This document shows positions 17,810 to 26,263 of a DNA stretch of 64,000 bases, one piece after another; position 1 is the stretch's first letter, and each line of letters opens with the position of its first letter. Below the pieces are notes generated by a model. That model did not search any database, had not been told where the DNA came from, and was given only the letters and a program-made list of their open reading frames with translations. Both the position numbers and the translations under genes were made by a program. This DNA is from an uncultured Enterobacterales bacterium (GTDB taxonomy: Bacteria; Myxococcota_A; UBA796; UBA2385), in contig CAZCUX010000001.1 in assembly GCA_964502005.1 (NCBI GenBank), forward strand, positions 196,653-260,652, given 5' to 3'.

Positions 17810-18301
17810 CTATACGCCGAAGAGGTCGTGGAGATACACGACGATAGCGGCCGCCTCGTCGCTGGTGACGGGAATGGCGGGCATTCCTCGTTTTCCTTCC
17901 AAGATTATTCGAATCACTTCGTCGTCGGAAATCCGACCGATTTCCCGGCTGAGGTCGGGGCCCGAACCGCCGCGCGCGTCTGCGCCGTGGCAAGACAGAC
18001 AATAGGTGGCGTAAAGCGCCTCGCCGTCGGGCGTGGTCCCGTCGCTGCCAGCGCCGCTTTCGCCTCCCGTGCCGTCGCCGCCGGTGCTTCCGTCGCCGCC
18101 GGTGCTTCCGTCGCCGCCGGTGCTTCCGTCGCCTCCGGTGCTGCCGTCATCGCCGGTGCTTCCGTCACTACCGCCGTCGCCCGTTCCATCGTCGCTTCCG
18201 GTGGTTTCGCTGCCGACCGTGCCTTGCGTTGCGGAGTCCTCTTTGTCTCCACATGCAATCATGCCAACCAGCAACAGGGGCAAAAATGACAGTTTACGCA
18301 T
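17810..18301 (-). CDS. Lipoprotein c-type cytochrome (monoheme) with a Gly/Asp/Ser/Thr repeat linker
   Basis: Start ATG 18301. The lipobox is MRKLSFLPLLLVGMIAC. The linker is (GDGSTG)n. The heme motif is CLSCH, with a distal GMPAIP Met. Confidence 0.8.
   Translation of the reverse strand: MRKLSFLPLLLVGMIACGDKEDSATQGTVGSETTGSDDGTGDGGSDGSTGDDGSTGGDGSTGGDGSTGGDGSTGGDGTGGESGAGSDGTTPDGEALYATYCLSCHGADARGGSGPDLSREIGRISDDEVIRIILEGKRGMPAIPVTSDEAAAIVVYLHDLFGV
18080..18169. repeat. 18-bp tandem repeat, about 5 units, inside the cytochrome c gene
   Basis: gccggtgcttccgtcgcc occurs 3 times exactly (18080-18133), followed by two degenerate units. It encodes the GDGSTG repeats on the minus strand. Confidence 0.85.
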
Positions 18302-18618
18302 TGGTATTTCCTTGGATACTATTTTTACGAGGGGATGGGGGATGCCGAAGGGGGCGAGAGGCCGAAACGAAGAACGCCGCTCGGTCACTGGCGAATCGGA
18401 AGCAAGAGGCACATCTTGGGGACGGCCACCGTGCTGTCCAATGTGGTGGGGGAGGGGCGCAGTTGGATATTGCACGTCCGCTACCAATTCGCTGCGTCCC
18501 CTACTTATTTTGACGAGTTTGGGGCAAACACCAACACAAATTGGGCGGATATGTTGTCCCCTGGTTCCGACCGGTCGGCCTTGCCCCAATCTATTCGGAG
18601 ACGGAGGCGGAGCGCCGG

Positions 18619-19146
18619 CTAAGGCAACCAGCCGGTGACCATCAAGCGAAGGTCCCAGCCCGATGTCTGGCCGTTGACCAAAGAATAGGTGCCAAATGTT
18701 TGGTCTGCACCAAATTCAAGCCGACCGCCGACATTCGCGTGGGGGCGATAGCTGCCTCCCAATGCAACGCGATAGCCCGGCCAAGGGCCAGGGTACGCTT
18801 CGTCCCACCAAGCGCTCCGTCCAAACCACGCGCTTGGGCCCACACCAGCGTCGATGCCGAAAATATCGATAGGCTGGTGATACACGCACATAATGGCAGC
18901 TTTGGGGCCCTGGATCCGGAGCTGGTCTTGGGCGTCTTGGCCGCTCATGTAGTCGAGGCGGAGGTTGAGGCGCCAGCCCAGAGGTACTTCGGCTTCTACC
19001 GCAACCCCGGACTTGACGTGTGCAGGTTTTCCGCGGTCGGTGCGCAAGAGTGGCCCCACCGACAGCGTGAGGTCGTTGCGACCTTCTCGGGGGTCGTCAG
19101 CGGCTGCGGCGACCGTCATCCACATGGCCCATGACAACATCAACAT
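18619..19146 (-). CDS. Putative outer-membrane beta-barrel protein
   Basis: A signal-like N-terminus is followed by alternating-residue strands (GWRLNLRLDYMSG, YRVALGGSYR, RLEFGADQTFG, WDLRLMVTGW). Its start overlaps the upstream stop by 1 nt (TGATG at 19144-19148). Confidence 0.5.
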   Translation of the reverse strand: MLMLSWAMWMTVAAAADDPREGRNDLTLSVGPLLRTDRGKPAHVKSGVAVEAEVPLGWRLNLRLDYMSGQDAQDQLRIQGPKAAIMCVYHQPIDIFGIDAGVGPSAWFGRSAWWDEAYPGPWPGYRVALGGSYRPHANVGGRLEFGADQTFGTYSLVNGQTSGWDLRLMVTGWLP

Positions 19147-20114
19147 CAGCGGCCTCCCGTGAGGTCGAGCCGGAACAAGTGGAGCTCATCTTCGAGAGTG
19201 AGCGCGAGTCGGGAGCCGGACGTGTCGACCGCCACTTCCAATCCCGGCGCAGGGGTGTCGATGGCGGTGATAGCATCGCCGGAGTAAGCGTCGAGAAGCA
19301 CAATCCGACCGCCACTGCCGACTGAAGTAGAGAGGGCGAGGGCCCGCACGGTGCGGAGGGCGTCCATGTCTTGCACGGGCTGGCCAATGTCGGTGTACCA
19401 TGCCTCTTCGCCGTCGTCGTACCATGAGCGAAGCTCGGTGGAGCCTACGTCGGCAACAATGAGCGCATTGGTGAGCTCGTCCCATGCGAGCAGCTGCCCG
19501 CCGCCGAGCCAGCTTGTGTGGCCTTCGGGACTGACGACACCAGACGATGCGCCATTGCTGTATCCTACGGCGCTGGAGGGCCGGCCGGACACCAGCCGCA
19601 GGTCATTTGTACACGCTTGTAAGCCGATGTCAGCTTGGAAGTGGATGGTGCCGTCGTTGAACCAATAGGTGACGACGCAGCCGGTGTCTGGGGCGCTCTC
19701 GGCAGTCGCGAAGCCATCGGGCATCAGCACCGCATCGTAGAGGACGCCGTCCTCGACCCGTCGCACTTCCTCGGCGGAGGACGTGGTGGCGATGACCACG
19801 GTGCTGGGCCGGGAAGCGTCGGTCGGATGCTCGACGAACAACACCCGAATCGTGTTGTTCTCTACGACATCACGAAGTTGAGAACTCGCGGGAAAGGCCA
19901 GTTGGTCGATGATTTCGCGACTGGAGATGTCTTGGCGCACGACATCGCCTTTTAGGGCCAACGATGGGTTGGTCAGACGTGCGTGGAGGTCCGCGGCGTC
20001 GTCTGCCAAGAAAACATCGCGGTACTCGCCAATAAATGCGCGTTCATGGACAATCGAGAGGTTGGACCCACAGCCCATCCAGACGACTGCCAAGAGAGGG
20101 ATTCCACGAGCCAT
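19146..20114 (-). CDS. Lipoprotein, function unknown
   Basis: GGAG lies 8 nt upstream of ATG 20114. The lipobox is MARGIPLLAVVWMGC. I recognise no catalytic motif. Confidence 0.65.
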   Translation of the reverse strand: MARGIPLLAVVWMGCGSNLSIVHERAFIGEYRDVFLADDAADLHARLTNPSLALKGDVVRQDISSREIIDQLAFPASSQLRDVVENNTIRVLFVEHPTDASRPSTVVIATTSSAEEVRRVEDGVLYDAVLMPDGFATAESAPDTGCVVTYWFNDGTIHFQADIGLQACTNDLRLVSGRPSSAVGYSNGASSGVVSPEGHTSWLGGGQLLAWDELTNALIVADVGSTELRSWYDDGEEAWYTDIGQPVQDMDALRTVRALALSTSVGSGGRIVLLDAYSGDAITAIDTPAPGLEVAVDTSGSRLALTLEDELHLFRLDLTGGR

Positions 20115-20153
20115 CGAGACCACTCCGCGGGGTGATTGCGGTTGATTCGGATG

Positions 20154-20999
20154 TCATTGCCGGCGACGAATTCTGCCGACACCGGACAGGGGACCGGCCA
20201 ACAAGGAATACATCAAGGATGGCGCGTGGCGGGCCAACGCGGTTGCAAAACGTCCGTGGCCGGTGAAAACAAGCTCCCGGCGACGGTCGTAGAGGGCGTC
20301 GAGCATTACCCGCGCAGCATCTTCACCAGACCACATGAGCCGCTGGGGGCGCGGGTCGGGCCGGTCCAAGTGCAACACACCCGCGTTGTCCACACGGGCA
20401 ATATCGCTTTCGACAAATCCAGGCTGAATCAGCGTACACGACGCGCCTGTGCCGGCGAGCTCCAAGTAGAGCGTGTCGCCGATTGCGCGCACGGCGGCCT
20501 TGCTGGCGGCATATGGCCCGCTCGTGGGCAGACCCAGATAGGCCATGACGCTGCCGACCAGCCCGATGCGGCCTTTGCTCTCGAGGAGCGCGGGAATGGC
20601 AACCTTGGCCGTGGATGCAACACCAATCACATTGATGTCGAGCTGGCGACGCCAGTCTTCGACCGTGAGGTCGACAATCGCGCCGTTGACAGAAACCCCT
20701 GCATTGGCCAGCACGAGGTCCAGATGGCCGAACTTTTCGGTGATGTGGGCGACAACGCGGGCCAGGGACTCTTCTTCGGTGACGTCGGCGGTTTGGATCT
20801 CGGCTTGCACCCCACGCGCGCGGCAAGCATCGGCCACGAGGGACAGCGCGCCCTCTCGACGTGCGGTCAGAACGACGTGTGCACCGCGCTCGGCGAGTGC
20901 GATTGCGGTGGCGCGTCCGATGCCGGAGCTTGCGCCGGTGACCCAGGCAACTTGGCCATCAAAGCGGCGGTGGCGAGCACGAAGAGTGAGGGCGGTCAC
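20154..20999 (-). CDS. SDR-family oxidoreductase
   Basis: Motifs: VAWVTGASSGIGRATAIALA, NAGV and YAASKAAV. GTG 20999 with GGAG upstream is preferred. A TTG at 21011 is also in frame. Confidence 0.85.
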   Translation of the reverse strand: MTALTLRARHRRFDGQVAWVTGASSGIGRATAIALAERGAHVVLTARREGALSLVADACRARGVQAEIQTADVTEEESLARVVAHITEKFGHLDLVLANAGVSVNGAIVDLTVEDWRRQLDINVIGVASTAKVAIPALLESKGRIGLVGSVMAYLGLPTSGPYAASKAAVRAIGDTLYLELAGTGASCTLIQPGFVESDIARVDNAGVLHLDRPDPRPQRLMWSGEDAARVMLDALYDRRRELVFTGHGRFATALARHAPSLMYSLLAGPLSGVGRIRRRQ

Positions 21000-21079
21000 G
21001 GACGACTCCAAAGCAGCGGACGAATGCTCCGCTTATCACACCCGCCATGGCCGGGGGACGCACACACGGCACTTCGGCT

Positions 21080-21700
21080 TCAATCCTTCGAAGCGGGGTC
21101 TGCGTCGGGCGTCGTGCGCTTCGGGACATCACCGGATGTTGGCTTGGCGAAGACATACCAATCAATCGTCTTTTCGGGGACAAGGCGGCTTTGGGTGCGC
21201 TCAGCACGCACGGGTTGCAGACCCAACGCGGTCGCGTTTGCGGGTACACCAAATGCACACACAAGGAGACCACCGGGACGCAGCGCCCGCACGACGGAAC
21301 GACCGGCGATGACGTGGCTTTGCATGTGGTTGAACACGCTAAATGCCATCACAAACTGGAACTGTGACTCGATATTGAGTGGCTGCTGAACGAGGTCGAC
21401 TTGATGTAATGACGGTTGCTTGCTTGATAGGCGATTGAGTGGTATCTCATAGTTTGCGAAGGCGCGCAGGCTGGGCTCGTGCCCGTCGACGCCGACGTAA
21501 CGACGCGGCAATAGGTAGTCGATGAGGTGAATGCCGGCGCGTCCGGCGCCACAGCCAAAGTCCAAGAGAGGATGGTCGGGCTGCAGACCCAATCGAAGCA
21601 GATAATCGTGCTGGTCGAGTCCCAAGGCCCAACCAGACCCATATATCCGATGGTGCTCTTCTTGTACCAAATTGACGGTATGGCCGCGTTTCCAGGTCAT
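21080..21700 (-). CDS. Class I SAM-dependent methyltransferase
   Basis: Motif I is LLDFGCGAGRAGIHL. The post-I segment is YVGVDG. RPGGLLV is also present. Confidence 0.75.
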   Translation of the reverse strand: MTWKRGHTVNLVQEEHHRIYGSGWALGLDQHDYLLRLGLQPDHPLLDFGCGAGRAGIHLIDYLLPRRYVGVDGHEPSLRAFANYEIPLNRLSSKQPSLHQVDLVQQPLNIESQFQFVMAFSVFNHMQSHVIAGRSVVRALRPGGLLVCAFGVPANATALGLQPVRAERTQSRLVPEKTIDWYVFAKPTSGDVPKRTTPDADPASKD

Positions 21701-21733
21701 GTGTAGCTCCCATGATGGGCGGCGTGGGCGCCG

Positions 21734-22372
21734 TCAATAACGATAGGAAAAGGCTGCTATCTCAAAGTCGAATGCCTTGGAGACCAAGAGGCGGGTCGTG
21801 TTGTCCATCCAGTCGCGGTAGTGTATTTGACTTGTGTTGGATTGGTTGGAGCGTGTGAGGGGAAGGGGAGGCAACCCAATGCGGGTGCAAACTTGGGCGA
21901 AGTCAGCGTCGATGGTCTCCATACGGCCGATGAAGTCTACTATCGGTCGAAAGTTGCGGTCGAACAACAGCCATCGGCTCCGGTCTTTCACATAGCGTCC
22001 GTGGGGAAAGCCGGGCTCTCCTACAAAATAGACGGTTCGCACCCACGCATTGAAGTGTTCGGGACTGGGGGGGCCGCTGATGCGCTTCATCTTGATTTGG
22101 TAGAAATAGCGCGACAGTGTAAGGGCATATGGATTGCGGGTGAAGCCGAATGAAAACCAACCATGGCTGGGTACCTGGAAGTGGCGCCGTATTTCGTCGA
22201 GGGATGCAAACTCCTCGATGACACACGGCTTCCCATCGACCCGGTTGGTCCAGACTTGGGTGAGGATGTCGCCGGGCGCGCATAGAGGCAGCAACGTGTC
22301 TTGGATGCTTGTGCCTGCGGTTTTGCGTGTTTTCACAAACACAAAACGATGTGCAAACGAGACGATGGCCAT
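21734..22372 (-). CDS. Sulfotransferase family 2-like protein
   Basis: The N-terminal PAPS 5'-phosphosulfate loop is HRFVFVKTRKTAGTSIQ. FTRNPY is also present. ATG 22372 overlaps the upstream stop by 1 nt. Confidence 0.65.
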   Translation of the reverse strand: MAIVSFAHRFVFVKTRKTAGTSIQDTLLPLCAPGDILTQVWTNRVDGKPCVIEEFASLDEIRRHFQVPSHGWFSFGFTRNPYALTLSRYFYQIKMKRISGPPSPEHFNAWVRTVYFVGEPGFPHGRYVKDRSRWLLFDRNFRPIVDFIGRMETIDADFAQVCTRIGLPPLPLTRSNQSNTSQIHYRDWMDNTTRLLVSKAFDFEIAAFSYRY

Positions 22373-23079
22373 CAGTTGGCACTCGCCCATGTTCTGCTCT
22401 TGTTGTGGAGCGCCAAGCGAAAAAGGCCACTATCGCGGTACAACCAGTGAAAGTTGAGGGTGCGTATGCGGAGCCGAACACCCATTTGTTCCGCCTTCCA
22501 AATGGCGAAGTTGAGGCTGAGCTGGTCGCGGCGGGACCCCTTTCGGTACTCGTCGGCCCAAAGTTGGCAAACAAGGTGCAACTGTTCGCTTCGGTTGTTC
22601 TTCACCATCATGCGGGTGCCGAATAGGCCGTACTGACGGGGGAAGCCGACTGCGGCATACCGCTCCATCTGTTGGATGACAATGCTTGGGTCGTCGAGCT
22701 TTGCATGGAGGACGGCGATGGCCTCATCGTAGATACAGCTTCTTGTGGGATGCGTAGCGATGAGCAGGTCGGTATCCGGTGTCCAATGTTGCGAGAGAAA
22801 TTGGTCGAGGTTGGTGTTGATGTGCGTTGAGCCGTCGATGGTGACGCAGATGTCGCAGTCGGCGGGTACGTGCCGATAGTGTTCGATTTTGGTCAATGAT
22901 GCGCGGCGTTTGGGGTCGGTTTCCCTCGGCGGCTCGTGGGCGACAACCTGGGGACGCCACACATTTGCTTGCATGGGCGCGTCGGTGCGGCACACATAAG
23001 ACCAGTTGGGTGTGACGACAGATGGGTCTCGAAGTTGGTCGTAGTCATTGAAAATATAGGTCAAAACGGTCTTTTTCAC
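22372..23079 (-). CDS. DUF616-type putative glycosyltransferase
   Basis: GTG start at 23079. YIFNDYD..., the conserved RDQLSLNFAIW block and the overall length fit DUF616/TOD1-like proteins. Confidence 0.6.
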   Translation of the reverse strand: MKKTVLTYIFNDYDQLRDPSVVTPNWSYVCRTDAPMQANVWRPQVVAHEPPRETDPKRRASLTKIEHYRHVPADCDICVTIDGSTHINTNLDQFLSQHWTPDTDLLIATHPTRSCIYDEAIAVLHAKLDDPSIVIQQMERYAAVGFPRQYGLFGTRMMVKNNRSEQLHLVCQLWADEYRKGSRRDQLSLNFAIWKAEQMGVRLRIRTLNFHWLYRDSGLFRLALHNKSRTWASAN

Positions 23080-23515
23080 AATTCGTCCGTCGTCGTTTCC
23101 AAGGTGATTGCTTGCGAAGCGTTGCAGGCGGCAATCCGCGAACCTGCTGCACCCAGCTCGCCGGTGGAGACTCCCGAATCAGGAAGCGGGTGGCGCGCGG
23201 TTTGGGTGGGGTGCGGGGCGGGTCGCCATTGAAGTCGTGGCGTTTCTCCGGGGCGCGAATGGTGAACGAGAGAGGAAAATAGTGTACCCAGGATTCTATC
23301 CGAGCGTCAACTGACTCCGTATTTGTACGGAACATGCTTGCACGAAAACAGCGGCCCGGGAGCCCATCGCCGTCGATTGCGTCAAAATCGAGCGACCTCC
23401 GCGCGCGCGGACATCCGTATAGCGCGACAATCGCGTGTGGATGAGCATTTGCGCCGCGTAGGTTCTAAGCCCACTCGGGTATTCGGGGAAGGGCGCGCCG
23501 TTGGCGGTGAATCGC

Positions 23516-24601
23516 TTATGGGCGCAACTGTTGAAAGCAGCGCAAAAAGTTAGCGCCGAGCACCTTTTGAATGCGCTTTTCCGTCCAGCGTCGTTGGAGC
23601 ATTCGCTCGACCAAAACAGGGTAATGGTCGGCGCCTGCGAGGTCGGGGGGCGGAATGATAGCACCGTCAAAATCACTGCCAATGCTGACGTGGTCTTCGC
23701 CCACAACCCGCAAGACGTGCTCCATATGGTCCAACACAAGGTCTGCGGAGTCGGTTTTGCCCCAAGGCTTCAAGAACAAGGACGAGAAGATAATGCCGAT
23801 GGTGCCACCGGTGTCGGCGATTGCGCGTAGCTGCGCGTCGTCGAGGTTGCGCCAATGCTGGCGAACGCCATCGACGCCCGTATGGGTGGCCAGGAGGGGC
23901 TTGCTTCGGTCGTGAACCCGCACGGCATCCCAAAATGCGGTGGGGTGAATATGGGCGAGGTCGACGAAAATGTTGGCGTGGTCGAGCTGTTGAACCAAGT
24001 CTTGGCCCCGAAGCGTGAGGCCCTTTTGGAAGCGCAGGAGGTGGTGGGGGCTCGACGTTGGTCCGTAGATGCTATTGGTGAGGTGGACCAACGTGACGCG
24101 CGCGATGAGATTGTCTGGGATAGACCGCACGCCGTCGGGTGCAGCTTCGAGGGCATTGCCTCCCTGAATGACGGGAATGACGGCATGTGCGCCGCGTGCG
24201 CGTACTTCGTTCCACTCGGAAAACGTGCGCGCGATGGCCAGGGCGCCATTGGTCTCTTGGACCATATGTTGGAGTCCCTTGAGGTTTTGGCGAAACAAGC
24301 GCCAACGCTCGGCAGGGCTCCGAAAGGGGTTGGTCGTAATGGACCACATGCCGCCGGTGAGGCCGCCTTCCCGCAGGCGTGGAATGTCGACGTGTCCGAA
24401 AAAGCGACGGCCAAGGGGACCGCCGCGGTGACGACTTGTCACCCGATACCCCCAAAGGCGCGGAGGAATGAAGGTGTCGAGGTGGAGGTCGATGACTTCG
24501 CACGACCGGGTGAGCGAGACGGCGGCCGTCGAGACACCGAGGCGGCGCGCGAGGGCGGCAGCGTCGGTGCGGAGGGGCACCGGAAGAGGAGGGACCGACA
24601 T
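23516..24601 (-). CDS. Membrane dipeptidase family (peptidase M19) protein
   Basis: Blocks present: VIDLHLDT, VIQGGNALE, VTLVHLTNS, VDLAHI, LATHTG and SIGSDFDG. Confidence 0.8.
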   Translation of the reverse strand: MSVPPLPVPLRTDAAALARRLGVSTAAVSLTRSCEVIDLHLDTFIPPRLWGYRVTSRHRGGPLGRRFFGHVDIPRLREGGLTGGMWSITTNPFRSPAERWRLFRQNLKGLQHMVQETNGALAIARTFSEWNEVRARGAHAVIPVIQGGNALEAAPDGVRSIPDNLIARVTLVHLTNSIYGPTSSPHHLLRFQKGLTLRGQDLVQQLDHANIFVDLAHIHPTAFWDAVRVHDRSKPLLATHTGVDGVRQHWRNLDDAQLRAIADTGGTIGIIFSSLFLKPWGKTDSADLVLDHMEHVLRVVGEDHVSIGSDFDGAIIPPPDLAGADHYPVLVERMLQRRWTEKRIQKVLGANFLRCFQQLRP

Positions 24602-24787
24602 GGTGCGGGTGATTCCTCGAACGGTTTTTGAGGCACCGGGATGGTGAGAAACGTTGGTGTGTTTGTGGGATAACCCGTTGGGTTTCAGCCCAACTCGCCG
24701 TCGCGAGGGCTACACTTCGCTCGCGCAGAACGGAATGCACTTTGTCTGTGCAGGCGGGACGAAGCACCCGCCCCACTGGAGAGCTTC

Positions 24788-25498
24788 TTGGCACCTTTCC
24801 GTCGTACTTGGCCATTTGGGCTTGGCCTGGGCTTCGTTGTTTCCCTTGGCTCGCTTGCGTTTGCAGGTGAGCTCGATCGCGCAGTGATTCGCGAGTTGCT
24901 CAACGAGTCGGGCTGGAACCAAGTGAGCAACGACGCCGCTCTTGGGCTCGTTGTCTCGGAGAAGAAGCTTCAAAGTGTAGACGCAACGGCGTATTTGGGT
25001 GTGCGTGACATCCCGCGGGAGGTCGACGTCGAACGTCTGTGGACATTGATTGTAGATGTTGATGGACACGACCGATTTGGGGGCAAGCTCGCGGAATCGA
25101 CCGTCGTGAAGCGCCATGGTGCTGCGGTCGACTTTTACCAAGTCCTCAAGCCGCCGCCGCTGATGGCAAGCGCCCAGCGATATTGGTTCGTTCACACGGA
25201 GTGGGAGCAAGGTGTCGGGGGCGTTCCGGGCCACCAGCGGCGATGCTGGAGCCAGCTTTCGGCGGACGAAGCCACAGAGGCACGGGCAGCAGTGGCGGCC
25301 AAGTACCCCGACGCGTCGTTGGTGCCCCTCACGCATGGCTGCTGGGAGGTGCTCCCGGCTTCGGGTGAAAAACCCGCCCAGCTTCGCTATCGCACGGTGA
25401 GCGACCCTGGCGGGATGGTCGCGCGGTCGTTGGTGGGAATGCTGACGAGCCATACTTTGCCCGACAACCTCAATACCTTCATTGAAGCGGCGCGATAG
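24788..25498 (+). CDS. Secreted START/SRPBCC-like lipid-binding domain protein
   Basis: TTG start at 24788. The signal peptide is WPFGLGLGFVVSLGSLAFAGE. The remainder is START-like in length and pattern. The start codon is uncertain. Confidence 0.55.
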   Translation: MAPFRRTWPFGLGLGFVVSLGSLAFAGELDRAVIRELLNESGWNQVSNDAALGLVVSEKKLQSVDATAYLGVRDIPREVDVERLWTLIVDVDGHDRFGGKLAESTVVKRHGAAVDFYQVLKPPPLMASAQRYWFVHTEWEQGVGGVPGHQRRCWSQLSADEATEARAAVAAKYPDASLVPLTHGCWEVLPASGEKPAQLRYRTVSDPGGMVARSLVGMLTSHTLPDNLNTFIEAAR

Positions 25499-25577
25499 CG
25501 TCGAAACACTCCGTTTGTGTGTTTACATGTCAACCTGCCCCAAACAGGGTAAGTTGCCGGCGTAGTCCGAGGTGTGG

Positions 25578-26141
25578 ATGTCCATATTGTTCCATCGGTT
25601 GGCGACCGTGGTTGTGTGTGGTATACTCGGTGGGATTGCCGTGACTGCGCATGCCGCAGACGACGACAAGCCAGCAAAAAAGCCGTTGCCCGCGGGAGAC
25701 GTCGTCGTGAGCCGGTCGGTTCGGGCCGACGCCGGCGATATTTACACTTGGTTGCTCGACCTGGACCACCACCGACAAGTGTGGCCGGAAGGGTGCACGA
25801 CCAAGTGGGAGTATGGCACCACAACGGCAGGTATTGGCGCAAACGCGCGGTTGACCTATCGGGTGGCCATGATGCGTCGTCGTTTGACCGCGACCGTGTC
25901 CGAAGGCGACCCTGGCCGTTACCTCAAAGTCGACCACGCGGGCCGCACCGGTTTCGCGACCACGTGGACCCTCAACGACCTTGGCTCGGGCCAAACGCGC
26001 GTAGAAGTACATACCTGGGTCGACCCTCCGCCTTGGCCCCTGACGGCCACGTACATGAACCGGATTCGTCCGGCGTGGACCGAGTGCCACCGGGGCCTGC
26101 TGGACAACCTTGCGCGGGAAATGACCGGCAGCGCGCCATAA
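25578..26141 (+). CDS. Secreted SRPBCC-family (polyketide cyclase/dehydrase-like) protein
   Basis: GAGG lies upstream of ATG 25578. The signal peptide is MSILFHRLATVVVCGILGGIAVTAHA. SRPBCC-like beta-rich segments include IYTWLLDLDHHRQVWP. Confidence 0.6.
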   Translation: MSILFHRLATVVVCGILGGIAVTAHAADDDKPAKKPLPAGDVVVSRSVRADAGDIYTWLLDLDHHRQVWPEGCTTKWEYGTTTAGIGANARLTYRVAMMRRRLTATVSEGDPGRYLKVDHAGRTGFATTWTLNDLGSGQTRVEVHTWVDPPPWPLTATYMNRIRPAWTECHRGLLDNLAREMTGSAP

Positions 26142-26263
26142 AGCCCGCGTAGGTACACTGACGCAAGAGTGCGTTTGGTTGATTTGGGTCAGATTCGATG
26201 AATCGTTTCGACCCATTCCCGGTGTTTTGTACGATTGTCTGAAATTTTCCTTGGCTTGATTTC

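Noticed and set aside
17319-18005. ORFs of 227 aa (minus strand) and 189 aa (plus strand) crossing the AT-richer intergenic region
   Set aside because: Their translations are Arg/Pro/Cys-rich with no periodic codon bias. They also run through the cytochrome c gene in the wrong frame or strand. The region is treated as non-coding.
18080-18169. Tandem repeat considered as a possible CRISPR array
   Set aside because: The units are 18 bp, directly abutting with no spacers, in frame inside a CDS. No cas genes are nearby.
20136-21389. 417-aa plus-strand ORF
   Set aside because: It lies antisense to the SDR and methyltransferase genes, which have clear motifs.
23329-23342. Sigma54-like GG-N-TTGCA element (GGaacatgcTTGCA)
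   Set aside because: The GG-to-GC spacing is 9 nt rather than 10. The TGGCAC half is poor. No plus-strand gene lies downstream.
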